DNA of 64,000 nucleotides, taken from assembly GCA_013239625.1 (NCBI GenBank), contig MU054026.1, positions 434,001-498,000 on the forward strand, written 5' to 3'. Numbering within the stretch: position 1 is the first letter of the stretch; the number at the start of each line of letters is the position of its first letter. The notes below the pieces were generated by a model. It was not told the origin of the DNA, made no database searches, and saw nothing but the letters and a program-made list of their open reading frames with translations. Positions 23,142-35,760 of this stretch are shown in pieces. The stretch is from Lama guanicoe (Eukaryota). A program made the position numbers and the translations under genes.

Positions 23142-23636
23142 TAGTTAAATCAATGTGCAGATCTGAACACAGTATTCCTTGAATAGCTGTACTTTGCCTC
23201 CAGAGGACTGGAGGCAGTATATGTAAAGTAAATTTCTGGAGATTAGATCATTAAAAAGAAAGCTTTGATTTACTTGATTAAAATTGAGATGGGTATAAGG
23301 AAAGAAATCCGACATCCCAGACTAAATACGGATGCAGGAATGAGGATAAGCAATTAAAATAATACTGCTGGGAGAAAATCATACCATTTGGATAAGGTTT
23401 TGGTAATAAACTCAGACTAAGTCACAAAGAGAAATCCTATTTTGAAACTTGTTCTCTCTGATTTATGACTATCCAAGAAACAATGTAGTAGTAGGCGGAA
23501 TTCCAGCTGCTTTTGTTCAATTAATATACTCTTTCTATTCCAAATAGACTTAAAAAAAGGGCAATTAAGTTAATAAATATAAAGAACATTGGGTTTAGTC
23601 TTGGTTACTGCCCTGCTATCTCTTTGCTGATAACTT

Positions 23637-23768
23637 GGGGAGGGTGTAGTTCAGCTAGAGCGCATGCTTAGCACACACTGGTTCAATCCCCAGTACCTCC
23701 ATCAAATAAATAAACCTAATTACCTCCTCCCTCCACAAAAAAGAAAAAAGAAAAAAGAAAAACCCGTT
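23637..23768 (+). mobile_element. tRNA-derived SINE (Vic-1-like), internally deleted
   Basis: ggggagggtgtagttcag...ggttcaatccccagtacctcc; long TSD tctttgctgataactt on both sides. Confidence 0.9.
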
Positions 23769-24166
23769 CTCTTTGCTGATAACTTGGATGATAAATGTTT
23801 CTGTTCTGGTTACTATTAAGACTTGCTTTTTAGAAAAATCAGCCTTATTTCTTATATGTAATAGGCTTACCTTTTAAAAGCAGTTTTAGCTTTACAGAAA
23901 AATCAGAGGAAGTACAGAGAGCTCCCGTATTCCCCTCTTTCCATCAGGCCCCTCTGTGATTCTCAGCTTGCATTAGTGAGGTACATTCGTTCTAATTGAG
24001 GAGAAGTACTGATACACGTTATTCGTAACTACATCCATGATTTGAATTAGGGTTGCCTAGTTCTTTGTGCTGTGCAGTTCTATAGGTTTTCACGAGTGTG
24101 TCGTGTTACGCATCCATCCTTACTGCATCCCACAGAGTAGTTCCTCCACCCTCATTCCCTGTGCTC

Positions 24167-24683
24167 CGTTAAAAAAAAAAAACAATTTAAGGGAGTAATT
24201 TGAAGATCTAAGTGGTTTTATTAGGAGATTCATGAGTCCGGGTGCTTGGAAGGATTGTACAGAATGCAAGGCTTTTATAGGAAGAAGCGTTGGGGTGGAG
24301 AGGGAGCCGACAAGGAAGTTATTAGCAAACGAAAGGGTTATTTTTAGGCCAGAAAATCTTTGGGGGGGAAGGGGACTGCACGGGCTTCTTCCTCTAGAGG
24401 GTGGGGAGGGCTCACTTGACAGATCACCTCATTGGTGTTGAGCAGAACATCTCAAACAGGTTGGTTATAAGATGCACATATGTATATTCATGTAGGACTG
24501 AAGCGTTGTGCTGTACACCAGAAACTGACACAGCATGGTAAACTGACAATACTTCAATTAAAAAAAAAATCACAATTCTGGGCAAGTTGAAACTGCAGTG
24601 AGGTCAGGTATGAAACTCAGGTTTGATATCCTGGGGTTTAGCACGAGTGGCACCATTTTGGATCTGTGGTTTTCTTTTTAATG
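24167..24683 (-). mobile_element. Solo LTR (degenerate termini) containing an L1 3' tail at about 24471-24570 (+)
   Basis: Interrupts the host L1; minus-strand AATAAA near 24217; nested tgtacaccagaaactgacacagc...acttcaattaaaaaaaaaa. Confidence 0.6.
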
Positions 24684-24976
24684 TTTCTCCCTGTTCATTC
24701 CTCCTTCCCTCAGCCACTAACCCCTGGTAACTAGTAAATTTTTTTTTATTGTCTTTATTGTTTTTCCTTTTCCAGAATGTCATATAATTGGAATCATGGA
24801 ATATTTAGGCTTTTCAGACTGACTTCTTTTTCTTAGCAATATGCATTTGAAATTCCTCCTTATCTTTCTGTGGCTGATAGCTCTAGATTCTAAGATTGCT
24901 GAATAATTTTCCATGGCATGGAACTGGGATGTACCAGCTCATGTATCCACTCACCTATGGAAGGACATCTTCATTG

Positions 24977-25608
24977 TGAGACAGGAAGGGGACAGGGCAC
25001 AGCCATTCAAGGAACAACACAACAATTAACACCAGAATGGCGAAAGATTCAACCCCTAGTAGGTCTTGAGCCTCAAGATGGTGGGAGATTTGACTTCTAG
25101 TAGACCTTGAGCTTCATTAGACGCCCACTGTAATATACTAGCATGGTGAATAACACGCCCACAGGCACCATGGCAGTCCCAAGGCTAGGCACAAAAGGTC
25201 AAAGAGTGGGAAATGGCCAACTTCCTGGGAATCCCAGCCCCTTCCCTAGGGTAGTCAGAATGGTCCTTCCACTTATTAGCATATGATGTCACCAAGTTCA
25301 TAAAAACTGGCAACTGGGCCCCTCATGGCTGCCCCACCTCGTCTCTCTTTGAAGACGGCCCGCACTCTGTCTATGGCGTGTGTACCTACTTTCATTCTAA
25401 TCTGAGCACCCACTCCCGACACCTCGTGGCCTTTCTCTTGCCTTTCGATGTATCTCTAAATAAACCTACCTTTACTCAACAGTGGCTTGCTCTTCAATTC
25501 TTTCCTGAGTGAAGCCAAGGACCCACACTTGGCGGAGCACGTCCCATGGGCTCAGCTGAGGCCTGGGACACGGTCCTCCTTACGCCCCACATCCGTTTTC
25601 CTGCATCA
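24977..25608 (+). mobile_element. Solo LTR nested in L1
   Basis: tgagacagg ... cctgcatca; TSD attg/gttg; host L1 rejoins across it; AATAAA at about 25459. Confidence 0.85.
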
Positions 25609-26021
25609 GTTGCTTCCAATTTTGGCAGCTCTGAACAGAGCTATTTTAACCATTTGTGTGCAGGTTCCACTTGTGTGCAAGTTCACGTGTGGACCTAAGT
25701 TTCCGAGTCATTTGGTAAATGCCTGGAGCGCAGTCGTTGGATCACAGGGTGATGAATACTTAGCTTTGTGAGAAATTGCCGAACTGTCGTCCACAGTGGC
25801 TGCACCATTTTGCGTTCCCACCAGCGATGATGCTGGTTCCGGATGCTCCACATCCTGGTAAGCATTTGGTGTTGTCAGTGTTTTGGATTTTAGCTATCGT
25901 AACAGAGGTGTAGCAAGCCTTATCTTATTGTTGTTTCTGTGTGTAGTTGAGCATTTTTTCCACTTTTATTTGCCACCTGCTATCTTTTTGGTGAGGTGTC
26001 TGTACTGATCTTTTGCCCATT

Positions 26022-26165
26022 TAATTTTTTTTCCCATTTTTGAAGGGGGTATAATTAATTTTATTCATTTTTTCAGTTATTATATTTAGTGGAGGTGCTG
26101 GGGATCGAACCCAGGACCCTGTGCATGCTAAGCACGGGCTCTACCGCTGAGCTGTACCCTCCCCC
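26022..26165 (-). mobile_element. tRNA-derived SINE (Vic-1-like)
   Basis: ctggggatcgaacccagg...gcatgctaagcac...ctaccgctgagctgtaccctcccc. Confidence 0.9.
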
Positions 26166-26979
26166 TCTGACCATTATTTAATTGCGTGGTTTTCCTCCTG
26201 TTGTGTTTTAAGAGTTCTTCGTATATCTTGGCTGCATGTCCTTTATATCTGATACGTCTTTTTGCTAATATTTCCCCCCGGTCTGTTTTGTCTTTTAATT
26301 CTTCTCTCAATGCATCAATTTCTCATATGTAAATACAAATCCGTTGAATTAGAGTTCCCAAGGTGGCGTGCTGCTTGAGTGCGCCATGAATCTGTTTGAT
26401 GTCTACAAATTCTGAACAGCTAGAGATTTTCCTGACACTCACTTTCTCCGCATGGTTGTTATCATGTGGGACTTTTGTGATTTCACACATACATCAGTGT
26501 CAGGAATGGAAAACTTATTTTCCTTGGAATGAGTGTTACTCAGTCTGATCTTGAAATGTTTATAATTCTGTAAGGTTAATAGAAGAAGGACATCGAAACA
26601 CATGCAACTCACACACAAAAATAGTGACATGAAATCTGAGTTGGTAAGACTGAAGAAAGAAGAGTACAGGGCAGTGAGAATTTCGGAGGAACCAAGAAGG
26701 GGATCCAAGGAAGTGTGAAAGCAAGTCTTTTAGATTTTTGCGGTTTTGGCAAATTTTGTCACTCAGATCTCATGCAACTATCACTTCCTTTCGGGAAGCT
26801 GTCCCTGACCCCTCTGTCTAAAGCAGATCCGAGCGTCCTTTTTGCTCCTTCATCCCCTCCTCGACTCTTTTAGAATGATTAGAATTTTCAATATTCCTTT
26901 TTCACTTCTGCTGCTTTAAGAGTAGTCACGTGATTTAAGTTCTACTGGTGGGTCCTCTCACATTTTATATATGTATACT

Positions 26980-27540
26980 TGTTGAAATGTCAGCCTCTGT
27001 ACACTGGTGTCGAATTAAATCTCGGAGACAGAGTTTTGGGTGAAGTAGAAAAGAAACAGCTTTAATTGCTTTGTCAGACAAAGGGGACCACAGCAGGCTA
27101 GCGCCTTTAGAACGGTGTGTCCACCCGGCATGGGGTCTGGGGAAGTTTTATGGGAAGGGTCTGGGGTGAGGAGCAGGTGATAGGATCAGGGTGTGTGGAT
27201 CTTGCATTCTTCTTGTTCCAGAAGTCCACTCAGACGCCATTGTATCTGGGGTTATGGAAATCTGGTGATGGGTTTGTGGGTTTCTGGAGCTCAGGTGGTA
27301 ATCAGAATATTACCTTTTCCCCGGAACTAAGGAGGCTGGGGGTGGCGGGGGGAGTGAAAGGGAGTGTAATGGGAAGGTTACAGGCTGTTCAGCACAAAAG
27401 CGTTTGAGGAAGATAAACAGAGATGGGGGTTTGTCAAAGAAAAACAGCAAGTTACAAGAATTCCAGGTCGGAGTGAATCAGCAAACAGCTTTAGCATCAG
27501 GAAAGCCATTTGGGAGCAGAGTCTAGTTCACTGCTTTCCA
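26980..27540 (-). mobile_element. Solo LTR
   Basis: tgttgaaatgtc...aaatctcggagacagagttttgggtgaagtagaaaag..ctttaattgc; right end approximate, TSD not resolved. Confidence 0.65.
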
Positions 27541-27619
27541 CTCTCCTTAAAATCATCAGAATTAATCAGCATCGTTCCCCCTCTGAAACACTCCCATAGT
27601 TGAATCATCATCTTTTCTC

Positions 27620-30600
27620 TTTGAAATCTTCAATACGTGTTTATGGTTCCCAGTCTGTTTGCCATCTTCTTTGCTTCTTTCTCCTAGGTTTAACCCCCGT
27701 TCTTGTGGAAGTGTATCTCTTGTATAGTTACTTCATTATGGATTTATAAGTTGTCAACACTTCTTGTTTTTGTATTTCTGAAAATGTTTTTTATTTGGCA
27801 CTTTACTCTCGAGGGATCATTTAGTTCCCTGTCTAAATCTCCTGTGATAGAAAATTTTTACAGTACTTTGAAGATGTTAGTATTTTGGTATCTGTTATTG
27901 GTTCTAAAATATATATATTACCAGTGCAATTGTCCATATTTCTTTGTTTTTTTTTTTTTTTAAGAGAGACAGTCATTCCTTCCTGGTAGCAATTGGGACT
28001 TCTCTTTTTCTGTGACAGTCTGTAGCTTCACTAGGAAATGCCTAGCATGGATTTATTTTTATTTGTCTTGCTTGGGACCCATTGTGCCACCCAAATCTCA
28101 GAATTCATTATGTTTCCACTCCAAGCTTTGTTACTTCCCTTCTGTCTACATTGTGTTTCATTTATACTCCTTTTTCTAGTGCCTCAGTGTAGAAGCTAAG
28201 GTCATTAATTTGAGGCTGTTGTTTTTTCTAATATTGGCAATTGATGCTATAAATTTCTTTTTAAGTACAGCTCTAGTTACATCTCACACACTTTGATGTG
28301 TTACTTTTTCATTCAGTTCAAAATACTTTCTAATTTCTCTCTTGATTTCTTCTTTAATTCATGGGGTTTTTAGAAGTATATTATTAAGTTTGCAAATATT
28401 GGGGGAGTTTCTAGATATCATTCTGCTACTTATTTCTAATTTAATTCTAATTGAGTCAGGGGAAATCTTTTTCTTTTTATTACTACTTTTGAGAAATTTG
28501 ATTATGATGTATCTTGGTTTAATTTTATTTATGTTTGTATGCTTGGAATTTGTTGACTTTGAATCTGAAAATTTTGAAAATTTTCAGTCACTATTTCTTC
28601 AAATATTTTTTCTCCCTCTCTCCATAAGGATTCCAATTATACACCTCTACTTCTTTTTCTGAACATCTGGAATATAGCTATGTTTTTTAAAATATTAGCA
28701 CTTATGAATGCTATTTTATTGCTTCCTGTTTATTTGTCTGTTTCTTGTTCCTCCTTTCCTTCTTGAAAGTTACTTGATCTTGTTTTAGAATTCTATTTTC
28801 ATTTATCTGTAGTGGTTTTTTATTTTTGAAGGTAACTGTGTTTAGTGGTTTCCTCTAGGTATTAAAACATATGTATGTGTCATATATCACAGTCTACTTG
28901 TTTCAACATTTTGTCACTTTGAGTAAAATGTAAAAACTTTATTTTCATTTAGGTCCCTTTATATTTCTTACTTTTAGAACTTACATGCCTTTAGTATGTT
29001 CTCTGCAGGCACTGAGTACCATGTCAAATGCTGTTATAATTTTTGCTTTATCCACCAGGTATAATTTTACAAAACTCACAAGGGAAAGGATAATGTATAT
29101 ATTTGCCCCTATTTTTTTTTCCCATTCCATCATTATTTCTTCCTTTCTTAAGTTCAACTCTGTTTCTGTTCTGTTATCACTTCCTTTCTGTTTAGAAAAT
29201 TACCTTTAGTCACTCTTTAAGAGTAGGTTTGTTGGCAAAAAATTTTTCTTAGTTTTATTTATTCTGAGGATGACTTTGTTTTTCCTTCATTGCTTAAAAA
29301 TACTTTCACTACATATAGAGTTCATTGTTGACAGTTCTTTGATTTCAGAACTTGGAAAATGGTTGTGTCTTTTTTGTTGTTGCTGTTCACTTTCTTATGG
29401 TTTCCATGGTTTCAGTGAGAAATCTGCTGTCACTCCAATAGATTTTGTCCACTACAGATAAGACTAGCTTCTCTCAAGAGTTTTTCTTTGTCTTTGGTTT
29501 TAATAAGTTTGATTATGGTATGTCTTGGTGTGAATTTCTTTGGCTTTATTCTGTGTACAGTTCACTCATCTTAAATTAGGATGTTTAAGCCTTTCAGTAA
29601 ATTTAGGACTTTTTCAGTCATTATGTCTTTGAATATTTTTCTAACCTCCCACCTTTCATTTCCTATAATTCCAGTGATACAAATGTTAGATCTTTTGTTA
29701 CTGTTGTAGAGGTCCCTGAAGCTAATTCATTTTTTAAAAATCTCTTTTTTCTCTATTGTTCATTTTGGGTGATTTCTATTTATCTGTCTTTGAATTCACT
29801 GATTTTTTTCCTCTGTGGTCTCCAGTCTACTGAAAAGCCTGTCCAGTGAGACTTTTTTGGTTTGTTTTTTTATTGCATTTTTCATTTCTACATTTTTATT
29901 TTGGTTATTTTTTATATCTATTTCTTCACTGAGATTTTAATTTTTTGTTTCAAGAGTGTTCACCATTGTGAAATGAAGATTTTTATGATGCCTGCTTTAA
30001 AGTCCTTGTCAGACAGTCCCAACATCTGAGCCAACTTAGTGTTGGTATCTATCCATTTATTTCTCATTCAATTTGTGGTTGTCTTTGTTCGTGGTATGAA
30101 GAGTAGTTTTTCAGTTGTAACCTGCACATTTTTGGTAACATGCTGTGAGACTCTGGATCGTATTTAATCTTTCTTCTAGCAAGCAGTCGCCCTGTGTTTG
30201 GTTCCCTACGAGTCCTGCTGACACCACCCTGACAATAGAGGAGTGCTGTCTCACACTGCCTCCTCGCACATGAGGGGGAAGCTCACTAAACTCTGACTGG
30301 CCCAGCTGACGTTTCCACAGAGAAGATGAAGCACCAACTTGTACCTTCTTGCTGCTGCTGCCTAGGCATGCAAGTCCAGTTCCCCACTTGTTCATCGCAT
30401 CACCACCCCCGTGGGAAATTGGAGTGCCACCTACTTTTTCCACTGGGTGGAGGTTGGATAATCAAACACCTGCTTGGCCCCACTGAATCTCTTTTTCTAT
30501 GTGACTTTCTTCTTTGGTGCACTGTCCTCTGGATTCTAGCTGCCATAGTTTTCCCCAGACTCAGCTCCATCTCTTCAACTCGAAGAGTCCACCGGGCTCC

Positions 30601-30800
30601 ACCTCCCTGTGCTGCTTCCTGGGCACTGTCTTGGAGGAAGGTGAGACAATCATATGTCTTCTCTCCCTTGGGCATGACTGTCCTTCATTGCTTGATGTCC
30701 AGTCTCTTTAAAATTGTTTATACATTGTCTTTCTAAAAATTAGTTCAGGAGGGGGATAAATCTGGTTCTTGTTACTCCGTCTTGACCTGAAGCAGAAGTC
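27620..30800 (-). mobile_element. Highly degenerate ancient L1 body (ORF1/5' region fragments)
   Basis: Long T-rich strand with L1 motifs such as tgctataaatttc, aaattttcagtcactatttcttcaaatatt and gaattcactgatttttttcctctg. Confidence 0.65.
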
Positions 30801-31567
30801 TCATGGGCAGGGGGAAAAACGATGTGCAAAATATAACAAAATGCATTTTGAAATAGAGGTGTGAGACAATGATAAAACCCTAGTTTTGGATAAAGTTAGA
30901 GAGTTTCATGATAATTTTCAATAAATACTTTATCACCAAACAATATATACATTTCTACTACATCTACTTTCATTCTAGAATTAATACTTAATGTCAATAA
31001 TACTAAACGATGCAGGTAGAACACCTGTCCAATGTCTGTTCTTTGCTCTTTCTTAAGGCCAATGGAAATAAATCAACTCTTCTCTCATTTCCACTAAATT
31101 GCACTGCATTTCCAGGGGCAAATTCATTTACGCCTGGAATATTTCTGAAGCTAAACTTCCTTTCTCCTTCATACAATAATCCCATGCATCCAAGACAAAG
31201 AATGATTCATTTTACTTTCATAGATGCTGAGAATGTTATTGTTGGAAGGATGTTTAGAGATCAAAAATCTCTCATTATACATATGGAGAAAGGAAACTAG
31301 TGCAGAGAGAATTGATCATTGCAGGTGACAGTATTAAATACAATACAGTCAAGTAACCAAGGAAGACACTGTTCATGTGTCATAGTCCGTGAAGTCAGGC
31401 TCTAAGGGTTCAGATGACTTAGTGGTGTATGAAATGATGGAGATGGCGTCATCTGGGGATGAAGAAAGTATGCATTTTCATATTTCTAGTCCTTTTTTGA
31501 AAATGGAGCTCTTGTTTTCTGATCCTCAAACAGGACTCCTTTTTTTTCCCTGCATCTGAATATCTCC

Positions 31568-32440
31568 TTTTTTTAAAAATCAAAGTATAAGTCAGTTTAC
31601 AACGTTGTGTTAATTTCTAGTGTCCAACATAGTGATTCATTTATACATATGTATTCCTTTTCATATTCTTTTTCATTATAGGCTACTATAATATATTGAA
31701 TATAATTCCCTGTGCTATACTGTAGGAACTTCTTGTTTATTTTATATATAGTAGCTAATGTCTGCAAATCTCCAATTGTCAATTTATCCCTTCCCCCCCC
31801 GTAACCTTAAGTTTGTTTTCTATGTCTGTGAGTCTGTTTCTGTTTTGTAAATAAGTTCATCAGCTTTTTAGATTCAGCATATAAGTGATACCATATATCT
31901 TTTTCTTTCTGGCTTATTTCACTTAAGATGACAATCTCCAGGTTCATCCATGTTGCTGCAAATAGCATTATTTTATTTCTCTTTATGGCTGAGTAGTATT
32001 CCACTGTATAAATATTCACAACATTTTTATTCAGTCATCTCTCGACGGACACTTAGGTTGCTTCCATGTCTTGGCTATTGTAAATAGTGCTGCTATGAAC
32101 ATTGGGGTGCATGTATCTTTTTGAATTAAGGTTCCCTCTGGATATATGCCCAGGAGTGGGATTGCTGGATCACACGGTAAGTCTATTTTTAGTTTTTTAA
32201 GGAAACTCCATACTGTTTTCCATAATAGCAGCACCAATCTACATTCCCACCAACAGTGTAAGAGGGTCCCTTTTTCTCCACACCTTCTCCACCACTTATT
32301 ATTTATGACTTTTTAATGATGACCATTCTGATTGGTATGCAGTGATACCTCATTGTAGTTTTGATTTGCATTTCTCTAATAATTAGTGATATATTGAGCA
32401 TCTTTCCTTGTGCCTGTTGACCATCTGGATGTCTTTTGGG
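31568..32440 (-). mobile_element. Lineage-specific L1 3' end and ORF2 C-terminal fragment
   Basis: ORF 32031-32237 ([29 protein letters not shown]...TCTPMFIAALFTIAKTWKQPKCPS) is the L1 ORF2 C-terminal region. Confidence 0.95.
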
Positions 32441-32542
32441 AAGTAAAACAGATTCAAAATCTTTTCCAAGTTTTCCTCACCAGAAGCAAACACTTAAGAC
32501 TCTTAGTTTTCTTTCCAGCATTAACATTTTCTAAATAATACG

Positions 32543-32991
32543 TGTGACAAATTATAGTTTTCAAAATGGCCTCAATAAGATTGCCAGCTCATGCATTCTT
32601 TTTTTGCAGTGTCACATTGGTCCTCATCCCATTGAGAGGTGGGGTCTATGTTTTCTCTCCTTGAATCAGAGTATTCCTGTGACCATAGTGGAAGTGACAC
32701 TATGTGACTTCTGTGACTGGGTCATAAAAAATGATTTCAGCTTCTATGTGAGCCTTCTGGGACATTTGGACCCTCACTTACAATGTGAAAAATCTGAGAC
32801 CATCATGTTATAAAGAAGCTCATGGCATATACAGAGGCCATGTGTGGGTGTCCCAGGCAGCAGTCTCGCTGAGGCCCCAACCAACTGGCAGAATCAACTC
32901 CATACATGTGAGTCATAATAAAATGGTGGTGGTTATGTTAAATTGCAAAGTTTTGGGGTTATTTGTAATACATCAATAAATAACTGAAACA
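32543..32991 (+). mobile_element. MLT1-type MaLR LTR
   Basis: tgtgac...cccattgagaggtggggtct...gaagtgacactatgtgacttct...gttttggggttatttgt...ataactgaaaca. Confidence 0.8.
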
Positions 32992-33649
32992 TTCATGCAT
33001 GTTGCTATCTTTTGATCTCTCAATTGCAGGCATTATCTTTTGTCTTTCCTTTCAGGTACTGGTAATTTACCTCTCTTGTACCACCAATTCCTCGGTTTTT
33101 TCCTCTCCCCATCCTTCTCATGCAATTTTACATTATAACTTTTGGTTAAATCATATTTTCACTCTTACGACTATAATGTACTCTGATTGTTCCCTTTCTT
33201 ACTTTTTATCTTTTAAATGAGTCACTTGAATTTTCAATCTGCTTCGTGTCCTTTATACTAAATTGTTTCCATCCCATTTCAATAGCCTCTGGTACAACTT
33301 TCCCTGAGAGCATAACAATGCCAGTCCCGAGTGAGCCTATCTGGAATCCAGGTTGGAATAGGTATGTAAAAATTTGGGGGACTTTGCATAATTGAACATT
33401 TTAGAACTTGATATTTAAAAAAAAATCAAATAACCTAAGTTTGAGTGGAAATTTTCAGCTTTGGGGCGAAGCAGTGGGCTGCTGTAAGTAGGCACATTGA
33501 TACTAAGTGTGTTTCTGGGAACAAGCTTAACTTGGCCAAGAGAAGTAGAAAGAGGGGTGACGAGCACTCAATAGTGAGCCTGCAAGAAAGGTTACAGCAT
33601 TCTAGACTAGGGTTTGAGAAAGTACTTAAACATATTCAGGGCAGTAGCG

Positions 33650-34300
33650 TGTGAAATAAAATTGGAGACATTGGAACCCTCATACACTGCTGATGGGAAC
33701 GCAAAATCATTCACCTGCTATGGAAAATAGCTTGCTGGTTCTTCAAAAAGTGAAGCATAAAATTCCCAGATGATCCATCAATTCCACACCTAGGTATTTA
33801 CCCCAAAGAATTGAAAACAGGTGTTCAAATAAATACTAGTATACACAATGTTCATAGCAACACTGTCACAATAGTCAGAAATCAAAAACAAACCCATGTC
33901 CATCGGTGGATGAACGGATAAGTGAAATTTGGTGTATCCACACAATGGAATATTATTCAGCCACAAAAAGGAATGGAGTACTGATACACACTACAATGCA
34001 GATGAACCTCATAAACATTAAGTAAAAGAAGCCAGACACCAAAGGTCACATATTATATGGTTTCATTTATGTGAATATATAGAATTGGTAAATCCGTAGA
34101 GACAGAAAGTAGTTTGGTGGTTGCCAGGGGCCGGGGGTAGTGGGTAATGAGGAGGAATTGCTTAATGGTATGGGGTTTTATTTTGGGGTGATGAAAATAT
34201 CTGGGAACTAGACAGAGGTGGTGGTTGTATAGTGTTGTGAATATGCTAAATGCTACTGTGTTGTTCACTTTAAAATGAGTAAGTGGAATTTCACAAGCTC
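33650..34300 (+). mobile_element. Old L1 3' fragment
   Basis: ttggaaccctcatacactgctgatgggaa...caattccacacctaggtatttacccc...gtagagacagaaagtag.ttggtggttgccaggg. Confidence 0.9.
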
Positions 34301-34749
34301 AATTTGGACAAGGGAAGTAGGAAGAGGAGAGACTTATCCATAAAAATGAATCTGTAGGAAGGACTATTATTTTTTAGATTGGAGATTGAGAAAGTACACA
34401 AGTGCACTTGTGAGAACTGTGTGTAAATAAAGTGAGTGTGCATATATCTTCATGTATGTAGACATGACATCTGTTTCGACTTTCCAGAAAACTATCTTGC
34501 TTACCTAACGCTTTTATACAATCGAATCTTTTGGAATCAAGAATATTCTAGAAAAATGAGTTCTGGCTAGATAAAGTGTTCCTGTGTCATGTAAATACGT
34601 GGTGATAATAATTTAAAAATTCATGACCCAATGACGTAGGATATGTGAGAAAAATGACAATTTGAAATATTACGTGCAAGGTAACATCCAGGGATTTCCA
34701 CCCTTGAGATGATAAATGCGAAATAATTTTTTAAAATCTTTGTAATTAG

Positions 34750-35760
34750 AAATGAAACGAAGGGAGGTGGGACAAATGACACGGGAGTCAGAGCAGCATC
34801 TCCGAGGGCCTCCCCTTGGCCGGGTGGATGGCCCTGTCTCGCTGGGCGCGTCTACGTGCGGGCGTCAGAAACGCGGGGTGAGCGCGCGCCTGCAGGAAGC
34901 TGTCATTGAGCAGCACCCTAGGGCGTCCCCGTTTTATGTTATTGTTTCTGGGATGAGAGCGCTATGTAGTTCTCAGGCGACCTTCTTTCCAAGCAATTGA
35001 GTCCCCCATCTCCCCGTCTCAGGAGCCACAAACCAGGGAAGTAAGTAAGAAGGGGGCGGCAGAGGCTTGGCGGGGGCTTCCAGCTATTTATTAGTTTAAT
35101 AAATCGGAGCTCCTCCCAGCCCGCCTCGGACTCCTGTTTCTGTCGAGCCTGTGAGGACAAACGATCGCTTAATTGCAGGGTTTGTGAGCCGAGGTGGGCG
35201 CCAAGCACAGTCTGCTGTCCGGGAAAAGCTGTTGAGTAAGCCGACGGCAGGTAACGTCACTCAGCAGAAATGAAAAGCCGAACACGTGCAGGCAGCCGCT
35301 CGCGAGCTCTGCAGCGACCGCCCGGCTTGCGTCCGGAGCCCAGGCCGCGGTGGGAGAAGGCTCAGCCCGAGAGGCAGGAGAGCAGAAGGGCCTTCGGGAT
35401 CAGAACCGCGGTGTGCGTCCCGGGTCACCGCGAGGGCGTGGCGCGCGGCTGCTCGGTCCCCACGGCGGCTGGGGGCCCGGGGACGAGGCGGCCAAGCGCC
35501 CGGCAGCATGTCCCCTCTGTCATTTCACTGGAGCGTTAGTCCCTGCTTGTAGTATTCGGGCACGTTAGCAGGCCGTGGGGGAAGACGGGCAGGCGCCCTG
35601 GGGCTCGCTCGGGTCACAGCGTTGGGCGAAAGCCGGGCCGGGGCGGCCACGGGGCCACCCCTTCCGGCTGCTGTTCCACTGGGTGCACAAGCCTCTTCCC
35701 GCGGGGAGTCAGTCTCCGGCTGGAGTTCATGCGGGCATCAGGGTGCCCCTCGTGGATTAG
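34750..35760 (+). promoter_or_regulatory. CpG island, probable promoter and first exon of a second gene
   Basis: Dense CpG/GC content absent from flanks; GC box ggggcgg at about 35052; AT-rich TATA-like stretch 35085-35103; candidate donor CAG|GTAACG at 35251. Confidence 0.8.

Larger units (their letters stand above)
23850..26300 (-). mobile_element. Old L1 fragment interrupted by two LTRs, an L1 tail and a SINE
   Basis: gcagttttagctttacagaaaaa, ccagaatgtcatataattggaatcat, ggctgcaccattttgcgttcccaccagc. Confidence 0.8.

Noticed and set aside
23195..23216. 9-bp perfect hairpin tgcctccag-agga-ctggaggca
   Set aside because: Too short to separate from chance; no ncRNA context.
31597..32237. ORFs with real protein similarity
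   Set aside because: Broken L1 ORF2 C-terminal remnants, not host genes (same for 4282-4506 and 48416-48841).
35261..35760. Multiple overlapping Arg/Ala/Gly-rich ORFs
   Set aside because: Expected by-product of CpG-island composition.
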